NCBI GenBank assembly: GCA_951406725.2
Contig: OX597821.1
Coordinates: 99,820,001-99,884,000, forward strand
Origin: Octopus vulgaris
Lineage: Eukaryota
Length of the DNA stretch: 64,000 bases
Reading direction: 5' to 3'
The position numbers and the translations under genes are program-made. Below the pieces are notes generated by a model. The model had not been told where the DNA came from and did not search any database. It worked only from the letters and a program-made list of their open reading frames with translations. This document shows, piece after piece, positions 52,298 through 64,000 of this stretch (positions are counted from its first letter, which is position 1; the number at the start of each line of letters is the position of its first letter).

Positions 52298-53739
52298 CAC
52301 ACACACTCACGATGGTCTTCCACAGTTTGCGTGTACCAAATTCAGTCGCAGGTAAACGCCAGTCCGGGTCTATTGTAAAAGACACTCGCATAAATTGTTG
52401 CACGGTGGGGGTAGTTCTTTTTAGCAGTGAAATTACTTTCGATGTCATTCATTTGTACCAAGTACGTATGAAATAGAGATGGAAATTTATTCTTAATTTC
52501 TCGAAATTACCTCCCTTCCTTCATAAGAGTTGCTAATAGTGGCCGCAGGGTTTTGTGCTTTTGGTTCCCATGAAAATATTTAAAAATCAAGAATTTATTG
52601 TGTTATGTGGTACATAACACTTAAATTTAGTTATTCAAATTTATGCCATTCGTTCCTCCTGAGATATTTCTCTTAAATACGCGTGCACGCAGACACAGAA
52701 ATTCGCACGCACACAGACATACACACATACACACACGTGCACACACGCACTCATGTGTAGGCATACACACAGACACACGCACATACATACACATACAGAT
52801 ACACGCACAGACACACACAGATACAGACAGACTGACGCACACAAATTGTCACACGCACACACATACACATATAGATACATGTACACACTCACACACACTT
52901 CTATGTGGGTACACACATATATACACTCAGACACACACGGTACTAAGGTATTTCGTCTCTTAAGTGATATTTCTGTTAACACGCACACGTACACGCACGC
53001 ACACACACACACACACACACACGCACTGATATACATACTGATACGCAAACACATACAGAGATATACATACATACATACATATATACATACATACATAATA
53101 GATACATATACACGCAGACACGCACGCATGAGCGCATACACTCACACACACACTGATATACATACTGATACGCAAGCACATACAGAGATATACATACATA
53201 CATACATACATACATACATACATACATAATCAATATATATATACATGCAGACACGCACGCATGCACGCATACACTCACACACACAAATACAGCACACACA
53301 CACACTGATATACACACTGATATGCAAACACATAGAGATATACATACACACATACATATATAATAGATATATATACACGCAGACACGCACGCATACACTC
53401 ACACTCACACACACACACACACACGCATATATACGCATACATACTCTCACACACGCATCATACATAGCAATTCATCTCTGGTCAATTCATTGCTGTCCAT
53501 CAGGTCAGCAGATTATTTCAATCTTGTTATTCTGATTTCAGTCTGTGATGTTTGTGTTTCTTTCAGTTGAGACTTCATCCACGAAAATGGCTTTTGTTTC
53601 TTAACTCAAGGAATCAAGCGGGTATTAAATGGATGCTGCAATTTGTTCTCGGAGTGTCTTCAGCTGGTTTTGTTAAACTTATATAATGTAAATAAATTAA
53701 GATAGTGGTTCCAGAGATAGAGGAAAGATAACAATAATA

Positions 53740-53871
53740 ACACATACACATACACATACATACATAATACATACATACATACATACATACATACATACAT
53801 ACATACATACATACATACATACATACATACATACATACATACATACATACATACATACATACATACATACA

Positions 53872-53905
<34 letters not shown>

Positions 53906-54260
53906 CACACATTCACACACACGTATATATATATACATACACATACATACACATATACACATACATACATACATACATACGTACATACGTACATACATAC
54001 ATACATACATACATACATACATACATACATACACACACACATACATACATACATACATACATACATACGTACATACATACATACATACATACATACACAC
54101 ACACATACATACATACATACATAGATACATTAATACATACATACATACATACATATATACACACATTCACACACACATATATATATATATACATACACAT
54201 ACATACATACATACATACATACATACATACGTACATACATACATACATACATACATACAT
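53740..54260. repeat. (CATA)n microsatellite
   Basis: Directly visible. Confidence 0.95.
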
Positions 54261-55369
54261 AAGAGCTGAAACTGGAAAACAGAAACTGAAACATACATAC
54301 ATCGATATATACATACATACATAAACAGAACTCTTTCAGTTCTGTTACCAACAATGTGTTGATTACAACAGTTCTAAACAAGAATCGTATCGCAAACATT
54401 TATCCCGAGAGAAGAAAGCAGACAAAAGAAGAAATACAAAGATAGGAACAGACGCATTGATAACGTAAGAGACAATTGCGATTCTGTATGGACAAAAATG
54501 ATTATGTTTCTTGAAGGCAGTTGTTAATAATCTAAGATTTGAATAACAAAATTTTAAATTTTGTTTATAGGCGCAGCCATGGTCGTGTGGTTAAGGGAGT
54601 TCGCTTTGTAGTCACGTGGTTTAGGGCTCAGTCTCATTGTGCGGCACCTTGGGCAAATATCTTTCACTCTAGCCCTGGTCAATCAGTGCCTTGTGAGTAG
54701 ACAGACAGAAACGGTGTGAAAGCCTGTCGTATACACACACACACGCACACACACATACACACAGGCATACATGCATACCTATATACATGAATACATACAT
54801 ACATTTAAAATCTGATGAGATGACATATCCTACGCTGCCACGGAACTACTATCTATCTGTCCACCCATCCATCGATCCATCGATCCATCGATCCATCGAT
54901 CCATCCGTCCGTCCGTCCGTCCGTCCGTCCGTCCGTCGTCCATCCGTCCGTCGTCCGTCCGCCCGTCCGTCCGTCCGTCCGTCCGTCCGTCCGTCTGTCT
55001 GTCTGCCTGCCTGCCTGCCTGTCTGTCTACATGATATGTGCGTGTTTGTGCTTGTATCCCTATGACTTGACAATCGGTGTTGGTTTGATTACGTCTCCAT
55101 AACTTAGCAGTCTAGCAAAAGAGTGCAATCGAATAAGTATCAGGCTTAAAAAAACAAGTACTGGAGCCGATTCCTCCGACCAAACCCTTCAAGATGGTGC
55201 TCCAGCATGGCCGCAGTTTAATAACTGAAACAAATTAAAGATAAAAGATAAAGGATTAGCAATTATATCAGATTCAAAACTGTTCTAGTCTTTATATATG
55301 TATATATGAATTATGAGAGCTCTTCCTGATATATTCTCTCATTATTTTTCTTGCAGCTATTGATATTTA

Positions 55370-56415
55370 TATAAAATGCGCTCGTATCTGATTTCCAAAG
55401 GGAGAAAATTGTTGAAGTATGGATGACTGGAGCTTTAGTCAATAAAACTATTGAATTATTGAATGTTTCGAGAGGTGGAGTCTTCAAAATCATGTCATTC
55501 CAAAAATCAAAGTATAACCAAATTTGACAAATATAATTCTGGACGGAAGGTAAAGCTCATAGAGAGGTCTCGTATAATAGTGAAACGGGTTTTGTCTAAA
55601 AACCACTAAACTACAGCAGCAAAAGCGATAGTAGAGCTAATTTACCCATTGCCAAACTAAAACCTTCGTTGTGAACTCCATAAAACTGGACATTATGAGA
55701 GGGTTGCTATTGCTAAACTTCTGCTGTCTCCCATCAACATTGATAACCGAAAAAACGTAGTATTTAGACTATCAGAAATGGTCAATGCTTCAGTGGAAAT
55801 GTTATCTTCTCTGATGAATCATGGTTTACTCTGTTTCCCTGTTTGGGGCAAGTTTACGTCTAGAAATAGTTTAAAGAAGGAAGTCTTCAACACTGGCTGT
55901 TTGGTCACTACCGTGAATCATGGAAATGGCTCTGTGATGATTTGGGCAGCCTTATCACAGAAATCTCTTGGCTCTTCAGCTGTTATACACGACGAAGATA
56001 ACACCCAGAATAATCTGAGTATTTTGGCTGATCATGTCCACCATACAGTACAAACATTGGTTCTACGATACTAGCACAATATTCCACGATAATAACACGG
56101 CTAATGTTATTCAAAATTGGTACAAAGAGTAGAGGAGTGAAGTAGATCACTTGGATTGGCCTCCACAATCACCGGACCTCAACATAATCGAACATTTATG
56201 GGGAATTTTTGGAGCAGTAGCTGAGGAGACACTTCCTTCCACCATCGTCACTGAAAGAACTAAAACAAGTTTTACTTGAAGAATGTTCCAGAATTCTTTC
56301 AACTGTTCAAAACCTGTACGAGTCAATTTCTTAATGTATTAAAGCTGTAATTGATGTCAAAGGTGGACCAACTCCATATTAAATAATAAACTTCTGCTTT
56401 CCAAGTTGTTTCCAT
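55370..56415 (+). mobile_element. Tc1-family transposase relic
   Basis: FSDES, TTVNHGNGSVMIWAA, IFHDNN and LDWPPQSPDLNIIEHLW motifs across frameshifts. Confidence 0.9.
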
Positions 56416-57376
56416 TGATCCTTTAGTGTTCAGATCATTCTGTCAAATGTAATGTTTATTTATTCGCATTGTTTTGAATTAATCATGCATTATTTCGAAG
56501 CTTCGAGATTTCAATGGTGTGATTGTTTATTTTTAGATTAACATTGTGGAGTAGGTGTGGGAGGCTGGATCTAACCACTTTGAATATAAAACAGGTAGAT
56601 ATTTGAGCCAGATATGGCCAGTTAAAATGCTAAACCTCGAACATACATACATACATACATACATACATACATACATACATACATACATACATACATACAT
56701 ACATACATACATACATACACACTCATACACATATTGCCTCTTTGACTGTGGGGTTTGAGTTCATATCCAACCAAGGTCAGCTTTGCTTTCCCGCCATTCT
56801 GTGTCGATGGATAAAACATCAGTGAAATTCCGGAGTTGTTTCTTCCTCTCTCATTTTATAGTTCTTATGTTTCTGAAAGAAATCGGCTGTGATCATTCCT
56901 GGAGGGGGATGAGTTACGTCAGGTTGAAAATGCCCAAACCAAGCTGTATTTCTAGACGGCGCCCCTACGATTCTACCACTGACCAGAGAGCCCACCACAC
57001 CCTAATATATAATGGGGGAAAATACGCAAAAATAGGCCTGTAATGGATACAGAAAGTTAGTTCCAAGACCGGACCAGTTCCCTAGATTCCAATGTCAATC
57101 GAAGGGAAATGGAATGCAGACAAACAAAAATTGGCTGAGGACAATGCAAAAGCCAAGCTAATGAAAGTACAATAACGTAAAAGGTGGTTGTTAATGGTAT
57201 CAAAGTTTATAAGATAGTAATCCAGAAGTATAGGCGCAGCTGTTGCTTCCCAACCACATGGTTCCAGGTTCAGTCCCACTGTGTGACACCTTGGGGTAGT
57301 GTCTTCTACTATAGCCTCGGGCTGACCAAAGCCTTGTGAGTGGATTTGGTAGACGGAAACTGAAAGAAGACCGTCG

Positions 57377-57408
<32 letters not shown>

Positions 57409-57633
57409 TGAGTGTGTATATGTGTACGTGTGTGCATGTCTTTGTGTATGTGCTTGTCCTCCTCCACTGCTTGACAACCGGTGTTGGTGTGTTTACGTCC
57501 CCGTAACGTGGCCCTTCGGAAAAGAGACCGATAAAATAAGTACCAGGTTTTACCAAAAATAATAAGTTCTGCTAAAATTCTTCAAGCTGGTGCCCCAGCA
57601 TGGCCGCAGTCTAATGACGAGAAACAGATAGAT

Positions 57634-57688
<55 letters not shown>

Positions 57689-58239
57689 AGCACATACACA
57701 CAAACACACACACACACATATATATGTATGAATATATATGTTACGTGTGTGTGTATATGAGAAAGAGAGAGAGAGAGAAAGAAGGATGGAGAGGGAGGGA
57801 GAGAGAGAGAAGGAGAGAGAAAATGAAAAAATAAAAATTACAAGTTGTCGGAAGAAGTCCATGTAAAGTTGGATTGTGTAACTTTGATGAGAACAGATTT
57901 TAGAGATGAGTTGTGCTAAAATAGAAATCTCTCTAGCAGACAGAATTAAAAACGGTACAAAAATAAAAATAATATAAAATGAATACAGAAAACGAAAGAG
58001 AATAAAGAGTTCTATGATAAACATAGAACTTTCAAAAGGTAAAAAAAACCAAAAAGAATGCCACAGAAGAAGATATTGAAAGAAATACAAAATGGTAGAA
58101 TATAAAAGTGTAGTTAATTTTATATTCTGCATATGTTTTGGATGTAATGGAAGCGTTGAGTAGACAGGTATTATATGCCTGCATATGTATATGAACGCAT
58201 TGCACTTGGTATTATACACATACACACGCACACACACAC

Positions 58240-58423
<184 letters not shown>

Positions 58424-58503
58424 CAGACATCACGAAACAATTTTGTTTGCTAATTTGAGCAAGAGCTCGTACTTTTGAGAGATCCATCGATCAGGCAGTG
58501 TAG

Positions 58504-58555
58504 TTTTGACTGAGGAGACACACAAGGGGGGTCGAAACACCGCGGTGTCTCAAAG
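58504..58555 (+). ncRNA. Type I hammerhead, intact core
   Basis: ttttga CTGAGGA gac-acacaaggggg-gtc GAAA caccgcggtg TC tcaaag. 12-nt palindrome ACACCGCGGTGT; predicted cleavage after 58549; ~80 nt downstream of a long (TA)n. Confidence 0.85.
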
Positions 58556-58773
58556 TCTCAGTCTCAAAGTCCCCTAGCACCGTCGAATCAAGTCTATTAT
58601 TGCAATATATATTGCTTAAAGGGAGGTGTTCTCTGATGACGGAAAACAACAGCGATCAGATACTTAGGTTCGAATCTGCCAGAACGTATTAAGATTGGAT
58701 ACGTTATTGTATCACATACATACATAATACATACATACATACATACACACAAACACCCCCACACATACATACA

Positions 58774-58804
<31 letters not shown>

Positions 58805-59199
58805 CATACATACATACATACATACATACATACATTACATACATATATTGATATAGTTGCAAAGACTACTTGCAATGCTTTCTGCAGGAAGCACTGCCCT
58901 CTCGTATACATCAAAGGCATATCAGAACCAGCAGGTATTCACACCTTTAAAAACAAGGAATACCTGTGGAACACCCCATTAAAAACATCAATTCGATGCA
59001 AACATAACAGACCAGATATTGTTCTGTGACTCAAGGAACAAACATCCTGCACCGTTGTCGGAGTCAGCTGCCCAGCAGATGTGAATGTACAATCAAATGT
59101 CCAGGGAAAAGAGAACATTTTTGTCGAATTAATGCGGAACTCACAGCTCTTGTATCCTGGCTATGAATTATCAAGCTGGAACAAAAACAGGATGTAACC

Positions 59200-60050
59200 C
59201 TACAGCAAGTGCAAAAAGAATGTGAAAAGACACGACACAGAGGAAATTGAACGTAAAGATTGCTTCCAAGTAAAGCAAGTGCGAAATAGTCACAATAAAG
59301 ATATAGAGTTTTCTAAAAAAACATGACAAAAATCAAGAAATAAACTCATGTTTTGCATGAGGAAAAATTGTTCATTTTAGAAAGCGGAGTGCTTTCGTTG
59401 TGGAAATATAGGACATATAAAGACGCACTGTAGAACAATGACAAAACGTCAGAACAAAGGAATAAATAGTATGTCACCGGCAGAAATTGGTATTATAACG
59501 ATGAGGGAATTCGTGAATGTGAAAATCAGAAATACAAGTGTTAAAATGCAGTTGGTCACTGGTAGAGACACCACCATTATAAACGAAAAAACGTGGAAAT
59601 ATGTCGGTAAGCCAAAATAAATTAAATCGAAAAAGGTAGCACACGGTCTGTTGGTCTGTTGTGTCTGGGGAGAGCCATTCTCTTTTGGTGCCTTATAATT
59701 TAACACACTCACCGGTAAAATTTCCACTTATTTCTTTTTTATTTTTCTAAAATTTTCGTTGTCTTGCAACCTTTTCAATAGTTTTGACTCTCATGGTGTT
59801 ACGGGAAGAAGATTATATTTTTTCGGTGAATTCTTATGTAATGTAACATTTTGAGGTCAAACGAAAAAAGGTAAATATATATGTGCTAAAAGATTCACTT
59901 AATCTGTTTGGCACAGAGTGGATAAAATTATTCAAATTGTGGGATACGCCCATAAGTGTTCTGTGTGTAAATATAGTTGGGTCAGTCAAAGGTTCAAACC
60001 GGTATCCAAGGAATGTGGGTCTCGAGTCCCGTGACTTTTGTTGACGACTT
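59200..60050 (+). mobile_element. Ty3/Gypsy gag-protease relic
   Basis: Zinc knuckle CFRCGNIGHIKTHC, decayed protease site MQLVTGRDTTII..KTW...GKP, and NLFGTEWIKLF. Confidence 0.75.
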
Positions 60051-60888
60051 TTTTCCCTCGTCTTATAAGGGCAATAATCTACTGTGTTCGAAATATTACT
60101 GTTTTGTCTGTACAATACGATACACATTCGACGCTTCTAAAGACAAAATAAAAGTTTGTTTATATATGTTGTTGTTGCATATATATGTATGTATGTGTGT
60201 TTGTCTTTGTCCCCCTACCTTGATACACTGTCGTAACTTTGTGAATCTGCAAAAGAAATCTGAAAGAATAAGTAACAGATTAAAAAAAAAAGAACTAGAG
60301 TCAAAGCAGTGCTACAAAATGGCCGCAGTTCAATGATTAAACTAAGTAAAAGATAAAAGAAGATAATGCTTCTGGGGTGGATTTATTTGCATGAGAAAGC
60401 GTAAGACGTGGAGAAGGATTCATCAAAACATGTTATTTTGAAGCTACTTGTTAACGTTCTAATCGAAACTGTTAGAGCTGTTGGCAAACGAGCTATTCGA
60501 GAATATCTTCGACGAAAGAAATGAAGACAACGATGCTTTTGGCGAAGTATTCAATGCTAAGAGAATCATTGACAGGTTATTAGTATTATACAATGGATAT
60601 CGCTGCTATTTGCAATAAAGATACACATTGTTTATTTCCGTGAGAATGAACGTGACCTGTGTAATACCTACACTCAGGTGTTGGTCAGGAGAAAACTATT
60701 ATATGTTCAGGGAAAATATTTGAAATATGCTGATAGGAGTAGGCTCCGCTCTTTTGTTATGCAATGAAAGGAAGTTCTCTTTGTAATCACGATTTGTTAT
60801 CCTATTTCTAAACAGAGTCGTACGACACTGTTCGCTTTCTCTTCCTGCTATTTCTACATAAGTTTTACTGAATGATGTAATGTGTTCC

Positions 60889-60920
<32 letters not shown>

Positions 60921-62263
60921 ATTTGGCTCAAAAGCAAATAGCAAGGCCATGTAGGGGGACATGGAGTTAAGTACAGGGTGGTGTTCATGTAAAGAGTTCA
61001 GGCCACTTGAGGTCCAGGGAGGCTTTGAACAAAGCGGTCGTCGGCATCTTCACCATCTCGCGACAAGAGAAACCGATACTGCTGTTGCAGGGTTTGGTAA
61101 ATTTTGTGTTTAGCTGGAGCCTGCGCTGGATTAATGAAAAAAAAAACATGTGCTTAGGGCATCAAGGGAATGGTGGACATCACAGAAATGGTAATTGGTT
61201 TACGGCATAAAAGATATCACTTTAAACTTGCTGAAATAATATTCAAAGTGGCTCATATGATCGGTAATATAATCTCGAAGTGTTCGGGCGATTTAAATTT
61301 TATGGGTGTCTTCTACTATAGCCTCGGGCCGACCAAAGCCTTGTGAGTGGATTTGGTAGACGGAAACTGAAAGAAGCCCGTCGTATATATGTATATGTAT
61401 ATATATGTACGTGTGTGTATATGTTTGTGTGTCTGTGTTTGTCCCTCCAACATCGCTTGACAACCGATGATGGTGTTTACGTCTCCGTAACTTAGGGGTT
61501 CGGCATAAGAGACCGATAGAATAAGTACTAGGCTTACAAGGAATAAGTCCTGCGCACTCTATACGATCTTTTTACTCTTTCGTTTTTCTCTCTTTCTCTC
61601 TCTTATTCTTTCCTCCCTCTTCTCCCACTATTCTTTCCTATCACTCTGCTATCTCTCCCCCTCACTCCTCCTAGCTTTCTCACGTGGTTCCCACGTGACC
61701 ATCGGACATCTTTCTTTCTTCTACTAACTTGTGTTTCTTTCTTTCTCTCCGTTGTAGCTGGAACAAGGAAGACGTGTTCTTGTTTGTCTCCTGTCCAAGC
61801 TTGATTTACGCGTTCGCCACCACAACCTCGTTTAGGGTCAGCAGCCCTTCCTGTTTGTTTTCACTGTTCTGGTTGTGTTAGCAAATTTGACCCTCCGCAA
61901 AATCCCAAATTTTATTTAATTTACTTTTGCGGGAGCAACTGTTTTATCGAAAGCATATATTGTTGTTAAATGATCGAAATACGAGACTAGAAAAACAGCC
62001 AACAACTGATGAAGGGTCCTTCTTTATGGTGTTTGCCTTGTTTTCCATTTGTGTCTTTCACTGTTCGAAAAAATAGCTCATATTCTATCTACTTGTACTT
62101 TTTTATTGTTGTACACGTTTCGTGACGTCCTGTGCCCACATATGGTTATATATATACGTATAAATGTAAGTATGTGCATATACGTATGTATATATGCATA
62201 TATATATAATTTATATTATATTATATTATATTGTATTGTATTATATTGTCTTATATTAAATAT

Positions 62264-62297
<34 letters not shown>

Positions 62298-62702
62298 GAT
62301 ACAAAATGATGATAACTACTTAGAAAGCGTTTTCTTGGCTGTGCTGTGTTCTATTTTCTAGCAGAAAATTTCTCATAAGTAATCTATTTTGTTGGTTATT
62401 TTCAATATTGTACTCTCTATGATAATATCGGCGTCGTTTGGTAGGCTCCGTACCACATTATGTTATATCATTGAAGAACAAGTGTTGCCTGTCTGATATA
62501 TACAGTGTTCTTCCATAAGAATACACTTAATATCTTGCAATATATTGTTGCATGGAAATGTGGATAACTGATTCTTGGATTTTGTGGTGGTGTTGGTGGT
62601 GGTGGTGAGGAATTTGCTACGCTGAATGGGTAAAGGCGATTTTTTTCTTTTGTTCTTTGTAGTGGTTACGTTTCATCAGTGTTGCTGTTGATGGCTAATT
62701 TC

Positions 62703-62745
<43 letters not shown>

Positions 62746-62803
62746 CTTCCCCCACAGACACACATACGCATATACACACATATATACATATATAAAAGCA
62801 CAC

Positions 62804-62838
<35 letters not shown>

Positions 62839-62893
62839 GTCTTTCCCCACAGACACACATACGCATATATACACATATATACATATATAAAAG

Positions 62894-62924
<31 letters not shown>

Positions 62925-64000
62925 GTCTTTCCCCACAGACACACATACGCATATATACACATATATACATATATAAAAGCACACAAACACACACACACAC
63001 ATAACAGTTCTGATATATGCATTGAAGGCAATTTTTCTGTTTCTCTCACATAGACACGCATACATGTGGATTGAGCAATACACGTACGTATGTATGTATG
63101 TATGTATGTATGTATGTATGTATGTATGTATGTATGTATGTATGTATGTATGTATGCACGTGTGCGTTTGTTTGTGTGCGTGCATGTGTATAACTAAGAA
63201 CTATATAAGAATGGATAAAATGATTAACAATGAAAAGACGAAAAAAGGAGAAAAAAAAGAACTGCCGTAATGGAATCGCTGCATCAAACAAATAAAGAAT
63301 GTACAACATGTATTTATGCATTTTTGTATACGACAGCAGTTATTAAGGGATTTGGGGGAACATTCCTCGTAGACAATTGAAATTTGTGAAATGCATATTT
63401 TACTAATATTAAAATAGAGAAAGTGATCGGTGAGAAAAAATGGAAGAGGCCGTTGGTTGATTGAAAACTATTCACGTTTAACGGTTTTTCCTTCACATTC
63501 GAAACAAGAGGAATATACCAAAATTTCAAAAAATTTCAGATAACCAATAAGCTTCACTTTTATTATATTTTATTCCTTCAAATTCAATAAGGAAGTACCA
63601 TCGGTGATATAGTAATAATTTTTCTTTCAAAAGTTTCTTTCAATAAAGTGTTAAAGATACAAAAAAAGAAACAAGAAATATTTGTATTAAGTTTAATATA
63701 TGGGAGACACAAAGAAAGGGAAAAAATGGCTTCCATTGTGATATTTTTTATGTTATGAGTTCAGAAATTATATCGTTTGGGGATTTCCTTTAGCAGCAAA
63801 TTCCTCTCTCTGAGTATAGCAATAAGACTCTTTCTCTCCCCTCTCTTTCTCTTACTTACGTATACACATAAATATCTATCTATGTATAAGCTCACACACA
63901 CTCTCTCTTTCACACACACATGTAAATATCGGCTGCTAGAAATAACTGCTACAACTCTTTCAAGTAAAGATAAAAACCATCTTTAAAATCAGGTAAGAAA

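Noticed and set aside
58030-58090. [10 protein letters not shown] on the minus strand, resembling M1 (LSWVSFW) of the missing upstream receptor exon
   Set aside because: Low-complexity context, no QxYxP before it and no M2 start or phase-1 donor after it. No upstream exon was found in 47736-64000.

Overview
This is AT-rich, microsatellite-saturated eukaryotic DNA. The repeat landscape ((TA)n/(CATA)n/(AAT)n tracts, tRNA-derived and Meta-type SINEs, RTE, R4/Dong, CR1-like, Tc1, hAT and Ty3 relics) points to an octopus-type cephalopod genome (inference). The only host gene I can support is the last two coding exons of a Cys-loop GABA-receptor subunit on the minus strand (47506-47735: M2-M3; 45416-45679: M4 and stop), most like the arthropod CG8916/GRD group. 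Its upstream intron appears to run past the window end. Almost all ORFs in the track are microsatellite read-throughs. The main hidden signal is a dense set of type I hammerhead ribozymes, folded by eye: about 13 well-formed copies plus several decayed ones. They come from many different sequence families, mostly with palindromic stem III, next to (TA)n tracts and often with partial inverted duplications, which is the architecture of Penelope-like element termini. One head-to-head pair in the receptor intron has the core GUGAACA, an apparent natural G3-C8 compensatory swap of the conserved C3-G8 pair. Activity is untested and repeat boundaries are approximate.
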